Shown here piece by piece: positions 1-16,086 of a stretch of 64,000 bases of DNA. A program made the translations under genes and the position numbers. Every line of letters starts with the position of its first letter. Position 1 is the first letter of the stretch. The notes under the pieces were generated by a model. That model worked only from the letters and a program-made list of their open reading frames with translations. It searched no databases and was not told where the DNA came from. The stretch comes from Vicugna vicugna (lineage: Eukaryota). The DNA lies in the NCBI GenBank assembly GCA_013265495.1, contig MU058824.1, positions 4,741,111 to 4,805,110 of the forward strand, given 5' to 3'.

Positions 1-817
1 ATCAAAACCACTTACCACTTCCCCCAGAGGACATAGCGTTGTAATTCCATTTGGTTCCAGCTCTTAGAATGTACAGTGATCAGGCAGTGAGTCATTGTGG
101 GGGTGAGTGGTACAAGAATTTACCATCCACCTCAACTAATCCTCCAGCTGAAAAAGGCAAGGAGACTGCAGCTACATTTGTGGGGTTGTGGGGTGTGGGT
201 GTAGGTGCTGTTGGGCAGGAGGAGGGGAGACAAATCCAAAGATGGGCTCTGACTTGAGTTATACCCTTGGCAGGGCCATTAGAAATTCCCTGGCTTTGAC
301 CTCTGGCTCTGTGGCCCTGCTGTGCACTGGGGCCCCAGCTCAAATTCTAACGGTCCCTCATTTACCCTCATTAAGCTGTCAGCCTCGAGACCATGCCAGG
401 ACACAGGGCAGAGGGACAGGGCCACAAATGTCAAGGCAGCCACCTTGGCAGGTCCTGCTCACTCAGATTTCTCTGCCCACCCTACACCCCCTAACCAGAC
501 TTCTCTACCTCCTGCCATTCCCAACCCCCACCTTGAGGTAGAATAATGGCCATAGACTTTGGACATGGTACCTTCTCTGCCTCATTTTCCCCATTTGCCT
601 TCCACCCAGGATTATGTTTAAGATGAGCTGATGGTTGGGTGGATGGGAGGATTAGCTTAAGCACAGTCTGAAAATCTGAGCACAGAGATGACATTACTGT
701 TTGTGTTGACCATTATCCATGTTCCCCATCCCCCCTGCCCCCAAGGTTGGTGTCTCTGACCTCCAGCCTTGGTTTTGGTTCTCCACCAGCCCTGGCACTT
801 GGGAGGGAACTGACCTG

Positions 818-883
818 CAGCTGCTAGTGAAGACGACCCTAAGCATCTGACACTCTATAAATAACTAAGGCCCAGTGCAGCTG
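818..883. promoter_or_regulatory. Candidate muscle enhancer (MEF2 site flanked by E-boxes) in TPM2 intron 2
   Basis: CTATAAATAA 855-864 matches MEF2 YTA(A/T)4TAR; E-boxes CAGCTG 818-823, CATCTG 844-849, CAGCTG 878-883. Confidence 0.55.
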
Positions 884-1664
884 GAGGCAGGACTGGAAAC
901 CCAAGGAGCTGGGTGGGGGCTGGAGGGGACAGGGACAGAGCTGGGGAAGTGGGGCAGCAGTGCCAGGAGTAGATAGGAAATGCTGCCTAAACTTGTGTGA
1001 CCTTGAACACGGCACTTAACTTACACGGTGCCTCAGTTTCTCCTTTCTCTCTTGCTTCCCATTTGTCCAGCAGGGACAGGAGTGCCTGCCCTGTGGTTAG
1101 AGAGCAGCACCCATAACTGGGAAGAGCTTGAGAAGCAAAAAATGGCAAATGCCTGTTCTGTGATGAGGGCCCCAGGACCTCCCAGATTCTCAAGTCATTT
1201 GTCACTCCCACTACCATGAAGAGAGTTCTCCTTTTACAGAGTCTCGTGTATCTCTAGGAGAGACCTCCAGTGTCCCCCAGAGTCATTCCTCCCAACCCCC
1301 AGTGCTGTCTCCAGAATCCTTCCACACTGAGTCATCCGGCCCTGTGCCCAGGATGGGCTCCTGTCAGTCTAGGTGGCCTTCAGCACCTGGAGGATAAGCT
1401 ACAACTACTTTCTATATATGGTTCTGTTTCCCCTGCCTTATAGTGTCACACACAACCTGGCTTCTACCCACTCTGCCCCCAGTGCTGTGACCCATCCGTT
1501 CCCTCTCACTTTCTTCTTCCCCTACACAGTCCTTTCTCCTTTCCAATCTTAAATCTCAGAGTCTCTATGTTTTTATCTTTGAGGGAGAGACAAGGAATAA
1601 CCTAACATTTATGGGGTGAGGACTCTGCAGGCAACACTCTCAAGTGCTTTCTGCATATAACTTT

Positions 1665-1852
1665 ATTATTTCCCAAGCTTGGCTTATCATCAGAATCACT
1701 TGGGAATTTAAAAAAAAAAAAAAAGATGGAAAGACTTTCAAGCCCCTGCCCTGGAGATATCAGTTCAGTAGCTCCATCGTGGAGCTAGAGCACCTGTTTA
1801 GTTTTATAAATCTCTCAGATGGTCCTGTTATTAATCCAGTATTAGAAGCACT
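1665..1852. mobile_element. MER5-like hAT-Charlie DNA transposon relic, flanked by MIR fragments (~1590-1660, ~1855-2035)
   Basis: CATCAGAATCACTTGGG and AGAAGCACTG resemble the MER5 consensus; GAGGAAACTGAGGCTTAGAGAG is the MIR core. Confidence 0.65.
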
Positions 1853-2239
1853 GCATTCAGAACAGCCTACAAAGAAGGAACTGCTACTGTCAACTCCAGT
1901 TTAAAATGGAGGAAACTGAGGCTTAGAGAGACTAAATAAGTCGCCCAGGTGTCACACAAGTATTGAGCGGCTGAGCCATGGCTCAAAGACAACAGTCTGA
2001 CTCAGAGCTGACGCTCTTAACACCAAACTGCACTGCTTCTCTCATTTTCCTTTATTGGAGCCCTTCTTGCTCTGTCTTCTTTTTTCTCAAAGTATCATAT
2101 GTTTCTGCAGACTTTCTCTAAAACCTCCACGGTTCTGTCTCTGCATTGCAGGATCAGGGGCTGCGTATCTGTCACTCACACTGCCCTTGCACCGCCCCCA
2201 GTTGCCTCCGGCCTTGGCAGAGAGCGCCTTGCCACAGCC

Positions 2240-2257
2240 CCGGATGTCCTATATAGG
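2240..2257. promoter_or_regulatory. CArG box (SRF site) with adjacent ETS core
   Basis: CCTATATAGG 2248-2257 is a perfect CC(A/T)6GG; CCGGATG at 2240-2246. Confidence 0.75.
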
Positions 2258-2722
2258 CCTGGCCTGCCCCCTAAGCCTCTCATTGGGAGTGTGCCTGGCA
2301 GCCAGTGCCATCACAGAGCTTGACTCTGCGATTGGCTGTTTCTACCAGCACTGAGGTCTGGTTGGCCTGATTCTTCCCCACCCCTCACCTGGGCCAGGCT
2401 CTGCTGTGGAGGAGTCAGGGCTGCCTCAGACCTGGTCCCAGCACTTAGAGTGCTCTCAGGCGGAACAGAGGGGTCTGTGCACAGACAACCATTGGGAGAC
2501 TATGCACAGTGCCGAAAGAGGCCCTGTAGCAGGGGAGTGGAACTTGTCCAGGAGTGCATGTTTGGTGCTGGAGCACAGAGTCTGCAGAAGACAGCTGATT
2601 AGGGGAAAAAAAAATAGGTTGTAAGTCTGGAGGTCAGGAAGCCTAGGTTCATTCTGACAAGAATCTTAATCATCCTCTGGAGCCTCTCTGAGCCTCATTC
2701 AAGGTAGACAAAGCCTCTCTGA

Positions 2723-6454
<3,732 letters not shown>

Positions 6455-6917
6455 GGGCTGGCCCTGCCCCCAGCCAGGCTGTAGATGCAGCCCTAACCAA
6501 TAAAACTGATGTTACCAGCATCACGGGGCCCTTTAAGCCTTTCTTTGGTGTTGGTGATGGTGGGGGTAGTTTTCCAAAATGCAGAAGGCTGAGAGGATGT
6601 CTGAGGGGAACAGCGGCTTAGGAAGAGCCCCTGAGTGAGCAGGGCCTGGGTCCAAGCCCTGCAACAGGACTTCCTTTTCTACAGGAGCCAAGGGCTGGTG
6701 GCGCTGGGCTCAGGAGGGGTTGTGAACAGGCTGTGTGAAGGAGAGAAACCTGGCAGGGCTGGGGGAACATTTAGGCCCTCTCTCTGCAGAGCAGAGGAGC
6801 CGCAGCCAGCAGACAGCTGGGCCAGACAACAAAACCGCAAAGCTACACAGATTTACTTGAGCAGGGTGAAAGCCGAAAAGCCTCAATGTGATTGTAAGCC
6901 TAGAGGCTGATCCTGCC

Positions 6918-7049
6918 CACACACACACACCCACACACCCACACCCACACACACACACCCCCATACCCATTCCAACACTATCAACAATTTCTGTCCACCA
7001 CACACACACCCCCATACCCATTCCAACACTATCAACAATTTCTGTCCAC
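6918..7049. repeat. (CA)n-rich microsatellite plus perfect 51-bp tandem duplication
   Basis: Units 6948-6998 and 6999-7049 are identical. Confidence 0.9.
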
Positions 7050-7064
7050 TTACTGATAATGTCT

Positions 7065-7514
7065 TCATTAGGCAGAATCATATCCCCTCCACCAAAGATA
7101 TACCCTAATCCTGTGAAACGTTACTTTACATGAGAAAAAGGACCTTGTGATTAAGCTAAGGATTTTGAGATGGGGACATTATTCTAGGTTAACTGGGTTG
7201 GCCCAACATAAGTACAAGGGGTCCTTATAAGAGGGAGGCAAGGTCAAAGGCAGTTGTAGACAATGGAAGCAAGAGACTGGGGCGATGCAAGGAAGGGGCC
7301 ACAAGCCAGGGAACGCTTGACTTCTAGAAGCTGAAAAAGGCAAGAAAACATTCTCCCCTCAAGAGTGTCCAGAAGGAAAGAGCTCTGCCAACACCTTGAC
7401 TTTGGCCCATAAGATTCATTCTGGTCTTCTGAGCTCCAGAACTCTCAGTTCATAAATTTCCATTATCATTAAGCTTATGGTCATTTGTTACAGCAGCAAT
7501 AGGAAATGAATACA
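7065..7514 (+). mobile_element. MLT1-type (ERVL-MaLR) solo LTR
   Basis: GATTAAGCTAAGGATTTTGAGATGGG, CTAGAAGCTGAAAAAGGCAAG and terminal TTTGTTACAGCAGCAATAGGAAATGAATACA. Confidence 0.8.
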
Positions 7515-7691
7515 CCATCCTTTTGATTTGGGGAACAAGAGTGCCTCCCACATATTTTATTAGAAATGTTTATTTTAAAAGTATCTTTGGAAATTTAAAA
7601 AGGAAGTAGTGTAATAGGCAGGACAAAGTCTCCAGCTCCCCCTCAGATTCCTCTGGCTGGCTTCTCTGTACATTCTCCAAGTTGCGTGCCT

Positions 7692-10600
7692 CTAGGCAAC
7701 AGTCTCAGTGACTTCTGCTGGGTGGTAGCTAACATTCCCTTTGGTCCCACTTGGGTGTCTACACAACAGGGAAACTTAATGAGAAATCTCACCAGGGATG
7801 AGCTCATTTGCATATATTTTGCATGAAGCTGTTCTGGACTCCATGTGGGGAGGTGGGGGTTGTGCCTGACCGAGAGGGTCTGTGTAATACCTTTGCTGCC
7901 TTCTCATTTGCACAAGGAAGGCAATGCCGGTAACAGCAAAGAGGAGGCCAAAAACCAGGGCCAGGATGTCACCTGGAGGGAGGAGGAAAGAGGCTGCCTC
8001 AGGGAGTGGAATCTGTAGGGTTCCTTCAGAGCCTGCTTCCGCCTATCCCCTACCCTGCCCCAAGTTCTCCAGCTGCCCCCAGTGTCTCAGAATCCAGCAG
8101 AGGCCAGCAAAGGGATGGGGGTGGATACACAAGAAAGGGCAAGTAAGATAAGCACATTTTTCCCTCCCTAAAAGTGAAGTAAAAAGTTGTTTGGGAAGGA
8201 GGATGCTAGGAGATTTCATTCTGATCAACTCTTGCCCTGGGGACCACAGGGGAACCCCCCACCTTGATCTCACACTATCCTACTGGGGTTGGAGGTCTGT
8301 TCTACAGAAATGGAGAGGTAGCAGTGGTGGTCCTGACTAGCCCCTGGGGCTGAACGGTGCCAAGGGGTATCCCCAGCCTCAGGAGCCAGAGGAGGGACAC
8401 AGACTCACCAGCAGCAAGACAGGAATTCAGGTGGACTGAAGAGAAAAAGGAGACATTAGAGCTGGGGGGCCATGACCACCAGTGACAGACAAATGAGGAC
8501 ACATGGGAAGATGAGGGACCTGTGGCTGGGGAGACACAGCAGTATGGGACAGCAGACAAAGCTGCACCTGGCTCAGAGGTCTTAGGGCTGCTGTCCACTC
8601 CGACAGGGAAAGAAGCCTCAATTATTCGCCCATTCAAAGGCTGTGTCGCTCGGAAGTTCAGCTGGAGCCGAGAGTCGTCAGGTCCCCACAGGGAGTCAGA
8701 GAGGGTGTGGAGCTATGGAGGTCAGCAGACAGTGGGGGTGGGCTCATGGCACAGAAGCAAAAGAGTCACAGGCTTACTCAGAGCCAGCACCTCAGGGCTC
8801 CACCATCCCCGCCCCCTCATCCCCCACATGGCCCATCGTCTCTTCATGCCTCCTCTTTGTCACCTCATGCTACACCCCTATCCCCTTCATCCCCTATGTC
8901 ACCACCACACCCCAACCCCACCTGCTTAGCACTCAGCTTTACTGTCTGGTTGAACACAGTCCAGATGACCCCCTGGGCACAGGGGGGTGTGGTGAGAGAC
9001 CCCTCATATCGGAAGTAGCGGCTGAGGTCAGAGGGCAGCAGTGCAGATACGTCCAGTCCTGGGACCCAGGTCTCTGAGTCTGTGGAGAGGACCAGTGCTG
9101 GAGCCTGACCTAGACTGCCCCCCCCCCAGTACACCAGAGCTTTGGATACAGGGATACATTTTCATCTCCCAGAAGCCAAGCTGACTCAACTCCCTGAGAC
9201 CACTTCTTCACTAAATGTATCCCTTCCCATAACTCTGCACAAGACGTAACTCATAAGAAAGTAAAGGGCTTTGGGGCTCACAGAGTGAGAGTACTGCTCC
9301 CTGGGCCCTCCCTCGGAGCCTTCACTCCTACTTTGCACACTGTGATAACACGTTGGAATGCAGATTTAAGCCCAGAGTGAATCAAAAGAGAAAATGGGTT
9401 GAATAACTTGTAAATAAATATTTATACCCATAAAAGACAGACCCAAAAACACAAAAAGCACAATTCCTCTAGTTTAGCAAAACCTAAGATCCAGTAGGGT
9501 AAGTGAGGTTTAAAATGACCTAGAGTGTCTGAGAAAGAAAAGAACAATAGTATTTACAAGTATAAGTATTTGATGCTTATGAAGGAGAAATACAGTTCTC
9601 AGGAAAAGTTTACCTCTCCAGACTTAACCCCTGAAGTTCCAAATACAATTTGTTTGGTCTTATTCTATTTTTGTCTTACTTTGGTTTCTGTTTGGTTTTT
9701 TAGACATAAAGCCCGTGGGCAGCAGTTTGCCTTTGCCTGTTTGCCTGTGTACAGCTTCATAGTTATTATCAAGGTCACAGTTAGCCAGTTCACACATCAA
9801 CCCCCTCCCTGTGAGAAGGAGAACTTCTCCACCCTCAGACCTGAGGCTGCCCAAGAATGATTCTTTATGAACAAGGGTGTCAGGGGTAGTGGCCAGATCA
9901 ACAAACTGACCTTCCTCAGCAATTTCTCCCAAATGTGACAGCAACTGTTCGTAGGCGCTGTTCTCTTCTGGACCTTCCTAAGAGATGACAGTGCAAGACA
10001 GGTGAATATACGTATCTAGGGTCATGACTGGAGGCCTGAAGGTGAGGTGGGTTCCTCTAGTCCCACATTCCTCAGCTCTGAGAACTATGGGGAACACAAA
10101 ATCTTATCCTATTATTACTCAAGGTTGAATTACTCTTCCTCTGCAAACTGACCTAACTAGGTGGACTAGTTTTCAATGGCAAATTGGAGGAGGAGGAGGA
10201 TGGTGGGCTACTTTACTAGGATACAAGGCTCTCAATGATGGGCTCTCCTCACTTTTCCAGTCTCACTCGTCACTACCTCCGGACACATTCCATGGTCCCA
10301 CCACAGAAAACCACAATAACCTTTGTATTTATGATACCTCTGCATTCACCTTAATAATTCATTTGACTTTGGGAGCCAGCACATGCTATTTCTAAGCTGC
10401 TTCTCTGAACTTTGTGCTGTGAGGCCGGCATTAGGGAGTCAGGGAGGGAGTGAGCCTAACAGGTGTCTCATCATCCCCAGGTGTTTCACGATCCCGCCAT
10501 CTTATTAGCCTCCTCTAACCATTGTGTAGGCAGCCTTGACCAATACGGGTCCAAAGAGGTCACTAAATGCATTTCTCTAGGTTCTACTGCATTTCACAAA

Positions 10601-13152
10601 GGGGAAATTACGGGTTATAGGAGTATTAGAGAAATGACTCTTCCTGATGTCCATTCTAGTGCATCTGCCATTCCCCGAATGAGCCACACTCTGAGTCTTT
10701 GCACAAACTGTTCGCCCTACATGAAATATCTCCTTTACTTCCCCACTAGTGAAGGCTTCAAGTTTCACCTCTGTGAGGCCTTCCCTGACCACTCTTTTAA
10801 CTCTGTCCTGTGTATATGTCTGTCCTGTCAGCCTCCTTCATTGGCTGTGGGCTCCTTAAAGACAAGGACCCGCAGTTTCTGAATCTTTTGCACCTCAGTG
10901 CCTGGCTCACAGTGGGCGTTGAATGAAGGAACTAATGAGTGAAGATGATAGCCAGGTGAGGGGATGGGGTCTCTGAAGCAAGATACTCTGAGCTCAGCGG
11001 TGTGGGGAAGCAGGGGTAAGGAGGTGTCCAGGGCTGGTACCTGCAGAAAGGCAGCCAACACGGCCAAGCCCCCGGGGCGCCCCAAGGCCTCGTCAACATT
11101 GGCAAATGCAGTGCTGAGGTGAACCACGTGGATCTGGAGAGGACACGATAGAAATCGGCAAGATCCCCTGCCCCGCACCCTGCTTCGACCCTCCGCGAAC
11201 AGCCGCGTGCTCACCTCGGCAAGGAAACGGTGACCGCCAACCGTGTGCTCCGAGCCCGGGCGACCCGCAGCCCCCCAGTGCAGATGCAACTGCAGGGCCC
11301 GATACTCCTGCCCGGGGCCCAGGGCCATCTCCAGCCCGGGAGGCAGACTCAGCTGCACTGCGTGAAGAGAGGCATGTGAGCCGGGCCCGCCCCTCCGGCC
11401 GAGGAGAGCCTGCCTAATTCCCGAGCACCGTTCCTCTTCCCCACGCCCAGTCTCATCCCCAAGTGGCCTCCGCCCCTTCCCTGGGGCTCCGCCCCGAGAC
11501 CGCCTCACCCGTGTGGCCATTGTTGAGCAGGCGCAGTTCTGGGAGTGGCCGGAGCTCAAAGCCAAGGAGTTCTAGGGGTCGCAGGGCGGGGCAAAAGGTG
11601 GTGAGCTCCGGGCGGATGTCTACTGGGGATTGGAAGCGGCCTGCGCAGGCTGGGGACACCTGCGGCCATGGCGGGGCGCCTGGAGTGGGAGAGTATATAC
11701 AGGAAGTCTGATGACAAGGTCAGGAACTTTTAGGGAAGCGGAGCAGGAAGAGTGCCCGGGAGGGGGGTGGAGTCAGGAGGCATCCGGGCGGGAAATAGAA
11801 ATGGGGGATGTGGACAGAGACAGGCAGCGGGTGGTGTCGGCGACTGGCAGTCGCGGATGCCGGAGTTGGGGTAGGGGGCGAGGATCAGCAGAGCTGGGTG
11901 CCCAGATTGGGTCTGTGCAGGCGGTGGGTGTCTCACCTCCATAGCGCCAATGACTGTGGTCATCCCCTGCATAAATGAGAAGGATGAAGAGGCTAATCTT
12001 TGAGCCCAGTCCTTCCCCAGCGGCCAGAAGGAAGGTGGATCCCCGCACTAGCAGGGGTTCACAAACTCGGATGTCTTACAGAAGCCTAGCAGTAACAGAA
12101 ATGCCTGAAGCAGGCCAGGTGTAAAGCACAATAGATCCCAGCCAAATATAACACCACAGCTCGGTGGGGCATACAAAGATCTTACTGGCCCGGAAGATAC
12201 CAGTTTGCAACTACTGTCTTAGAAACTGTAAAGTGGGTGGGAGCCTCAGTCCCCAGGCCCAGATCAGCAGACCATCTTTCTCCCTTACTGGTTCCTCCTC
12301 CCCACTCATCCCTGTTCCCCTTCTGGTCTCCAACTCTTTTCCCAAAGTTTCTGGCTTGGGAGTCAGATACCAGGTTCCCCTACCTGCTGTTTCCTTCTTC
12401 CGAGGTCTCAGTTTCCTCATCTGTAGACTGAAGATGAGGCGATCTCTACAAGCCCTTCCTGCTCCTTCTCTGGTACCCCCCAGCTTTCCTCTTCTCTCCT
12501 CTCATACTCTTATTTCTCTCCATCTTTGTTTTCTCTCCCTATGCCTCATCTCTTTCTCCTCTCCAACCTCCCCCTTTCTTCTTTCCCATCTCTTCCTACT
12601 TAGCTCTCTCCATCTATGCCCCTTTTTTGTCTCCCCACTTAGCTCTGAAAGCGGGGAAGGGTTTAGTGGCATGGGAGCCCCTGGGGCTGGGAAAGACTCC
12701 TCTCGGAGTTCTGGCTCCTCTCCTTCCCTGAATATTCCCTGCCTGGGCTGGTTTAGTGAGGGGAAGCACCAACCTCCTGGAGCCTAGATTTGCAGACCTG
12801 ATGACCACTTACCTTTTTTGTCTCTGTGGGCATTATTCTGGGCACCCTGAGTATCCCTGGGAGCCTCAGCAGTAGGTAGATCCTCTAACTTCAGAGAATC
12901 CTCTTCTCCTGGTTCAGTCTTCATTCCAGATGGGTCCTCCTCTCCAGGTGGGTCCTCTTCACTGGGCAGGTCCTCCTCACCCAGTGGATCATCTTCCCCA
13001 GACGAATCTCCTCCCGTGGTGGGAGCCCCCTGCGTGCTCCAAGGATGGGCTGGCAGCAGGAGAAGCAGTAACAGCAGCAGCTGTACAGCTGGGCCTGGGG
13101 CGGGGGCCGGGATCAGCACAGGGAGCCAGGGGCTGGGGCACAGGGGAGCCAT
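7692..13152 (-). CDS. CA9: Carbonic anhydrase IX, 11 coding exons, 440 aa
   Basis: Exons 12813-13152, 11937-11966, 11509-11679, 11215-11357, 11041-11133, 9911-9977, 8922-9079, 8568-8712, 8409-8435, 7891-7972, 7692-7758 (1323 nt). Signal peptide [16 protein letters not shown]-type PG repeats, QSPVDI, Zn ligands QLHLHWG and [16 protein letters not shown] helix [19 protein letters not shown]. Minus-strand AATAAA at 7569-7574 and 7556-7561. Confidence 0.98.
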
Positions 13153-13199
13153 GTGGCTGACTGTGGGGTGTCCTGGACACGGTATGAGTGTACGGGCTG

Positions 13200-13264
13200 T
13201 ACGTGCATTGGAAACAGGAGCTGGGTTGGGGAGGAGCAAGCCTGGAGGGGAGCAGGCTGACTCA
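13200..13264 (-). promoter_or_regulatory. CA9 core promoter: HIF-1 HRE, Sp1-like GC/GA box and AP-1 site
   Basis: TACGTGCA 13200-13207 just upstream of the 5'UTR, GGGTTGGGGAGG ~13223-13234, TGACTCA 13258-13264. Same order as the characterised human HRE/PR1/PR2 elements. Confidence 0.88.
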
Positions 13265-15295
13265 CAGAAGGCCCTTTTGTAGAGATGGAGCCAAAGTCCT
13301 ATGGGTCTGTCTGGCCCTGTGCCCCCTCCCTGATAGCAAAGCAGGGATGGGGTGGAGTGAGGGGCAGGTATGTGCGCAGCCAGAAGGTTATCGGGGTTAT
13401 GGGCTCAGCCTGGAACCCAAGGCACCACCTGGCACTATACAGGTTCTCCCTGGCACCACCCGGCCGCTCGCCAGCCAACCTCAGCTAACCCTGGCCTGCT
13501 TCCCAGCCCTGGGCAGCAGAGGCCCCCACGTCCTTTAGCTGAGAGGGGAAGCAGCCCATATATAATTCCCTGGCCCAGACAGGGAGCAGGTAAAGGGGTA
13601 GGGCAAGCTGCTGGGGGTAGTCTAGAGGTGGCTGGGTGGATGGGTAGGTGGGAGGCAAATTTGAGTGTGAATGGAAAACTGCATGTATTTGTGAAAGAGA
13701 CTCTGACAGGTTTAAACTAAATGGATTATTCATCATATCACACCTCTGCTCAGAAACCTGCATTAGCTTCCGACTGCCTATCAAAGGGTCTTCCATGAAC
13801 CCATCTTCTCCCTCTAGTTGACATCCAAGTCCCTTCAAAATCTTACCCAGTAAACTTCCATCTCATGTCCTACTCCTCTCCCTCATTTTGTAGCCAAATG
13901 AAACTGTTCATTTTTTTCTCCAAACCTTTGACCACCTTTGTTCATCTAATTCTCACTCCTCTTTATTTAGCATCTACCATATGTCAGGTGTTGGGCTAAT
14001 GGTCTAGAGAAATGGAAATGAATAAGACACAGTCCTTGTTCTGAGGCACTCGCTGCCTGGTGAGTGAGGGCAAAAACTATCATCATATTTGGGGGAGAGA
14101 GATGAATTCTGCCTCAGAAAGTAATACAGAACTAGGCAAAATCTGATAAGGGCTTCAGGAAGTACCAGTTCAACTGGTTAAAAAAAAATGGGGGAAACAG
14201 TATTCTGGGCAAAGGAGAGGCACCAAATATTTTGAGCAGGAGAATGACAGAATCCACTTCTCATATTAGGTTATAGTGAGGGCTGGAATGGAGCATGGAT
14301 TAGAGGGGGACAGTGGGTCCAATGAGATGAAGAGTGAGAGGACCCCAAGAATGGGCTTGAGGTTTCCAGTCTGCCTATTGACCTAACAAACATTTAGCGG
14401 GCCTCCTCCAATCCTCCAGGCACACTGTTCTAGGCCCTAGGGATGCATCATCAAACTGGAAAGTAGTCTCTGCTGTTCTGGCCTCACATGTAAGGCCCCT
14501 GTGGCTTTGACAAACCAGAAGAGAGTAAGGCCATCTCAGGAGTTCATGTCTGGGGCTAATATTCAGTAGGTACGTGCACCAGTATGGTTGTATAGGTTAA
14601 TTAAATATATTGAAATAGCCATAATCTGGTTGTTAATTAGCCCCTAACTCCATAGTGCTCCTGCTACCCTGCTTCTCCCTGGGGGCCCTCCTAACCTCAA
14701 GACCTCTTATTTAAAGAGGTAATGCTTGGCACAGCAGGGGCTCCAGGACCCCACTTGAATGCCCCATCCAGCTTCCACTCTGATGGATCAGTACTTGTGC
14801 CACTACCATGTTAAAGAGTTTTACTGTCTCCTCTATCTAAATCTCTTCTATTAGTCAAGATTTAGTTCAAAGGCCACCTCCTCCAGAAAGTCTTGCTTGA
14901 CCAACTCTACACCACAAGAAGAGATTTCTGATGCCTCTGAGCCAGCACAGTTCTTTGCCTGCCCTTCCTAATAACCCTGCCTACTACCCAAGTCATATTA
15001 AGCTGATTTATGACATTTTATCTGCTCTAATAGCCTTGAGCTCCATAAGGTCAGGGTCCAGTATTTGATTGATTGAGTCAGTCTTTTATTATTGATCATC
15101 TTTCTCTCTGCAGATCACTTTACTGGCTTTAGAAAAACCATGTTGACTAAGATGCTTCCCCTGCTCTCAGGGAGCTTACTGTTAATGGCCTGTGTGTGTC
15201 AAACCACAGTTATTCCAGAAGCAGGACAGCACATTTCTACAGCACCCCGGTTGTCTGCCTTGTCAGAGTGACTGCCATACTGTATGCCAAAACTT

Positions 15296-16086
15296 ATTTT
15301 TTTAAACTTTTTTTTTTTGGAATTATAGTCATTTACAATGTTGTGTCAAATTCCAGTGTAGAGCACAGTTTTTCAGTTACACATGAACATACATATATTT
15401 ACTGTCACTTTTTTTTTCTGCTGTTAGCTACCACAAGATCTTGTATATATTTCCCTGTGCTATACAGTATAATCTTGTTTATCTATTCTACATATGCCGT
15501 TCAGTATCTACAAATTTTGAAACCCCCTTCTGTCCCTTCCCACCGCCTGCCCCCTTGGCAACCACAAGTTTGTATTCTATGTCTATGAGTTTGTTTCTGT
15601 TTTATATTCATGTTCTTTTTTTTTTTTTCAGATTCCACCTATGAGTGATCTTACATGGTATTTTTCTTTCTCTTTCTGGCTTTAGTTAGAATGACATTCT
15701 CTGGGAGCATCCATGTTGCTGCAAATGGTGTTATGTTGTCAGTTTTTATGGCTGAATAGTATTCCATTGTAGAAATATACCACATCTTCTTTATCCAGTC
15801 ATCTGTTGATGGACATTTAGGCTGTTTCCATGTCTTGGCTATTGTAAATAGTGCTGCTATGAACATTATGGTGCAGGTGTCTTTTTGAAGTATGGTTCCT
15901 TCTGGATACATGCCCAGGAGAAGGATTATTGGGTCATATGGTAAGTCTATTCCTAGTCTTTTGAGGAACCTCCATCCTGTTTTCCACAGTGGCTGCACCA
16001 AACTGCATTCCCACCAGCAGTCTAGGAGGGTTCCCTTTTCTCCACAGCCTCTCCAGCATTTGTCATTTGTGGACTTTTGAATGATG
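15296..16086 (-). mobile_element. Young 5'-truncated LINE-1 (ORF2 C-terminus + 3'UTR + poly-A)
   Basis: ORF 15651-16115(-) contains [27 protein letters not shown] (L1 ORF2 cysteine-rich domain); T-tract at the left end; 15-bp TSD TGTATGCCAAAACTT at 15281-15295 and 16087-16101. Confidence 0.95.

Noticed and set aside
10828..11565. 245-aa minus-strand ORF
   Set aside because: CA9 exons 4-5 joined through an 81-nt in-frame intron plus flanking intron; explained by CA9
12164..12787. 207-aa plus-strand ORF
   Set aside because: Pyrimidine-rich CA9 intron 1 antisense; S/L/P/F low complexity
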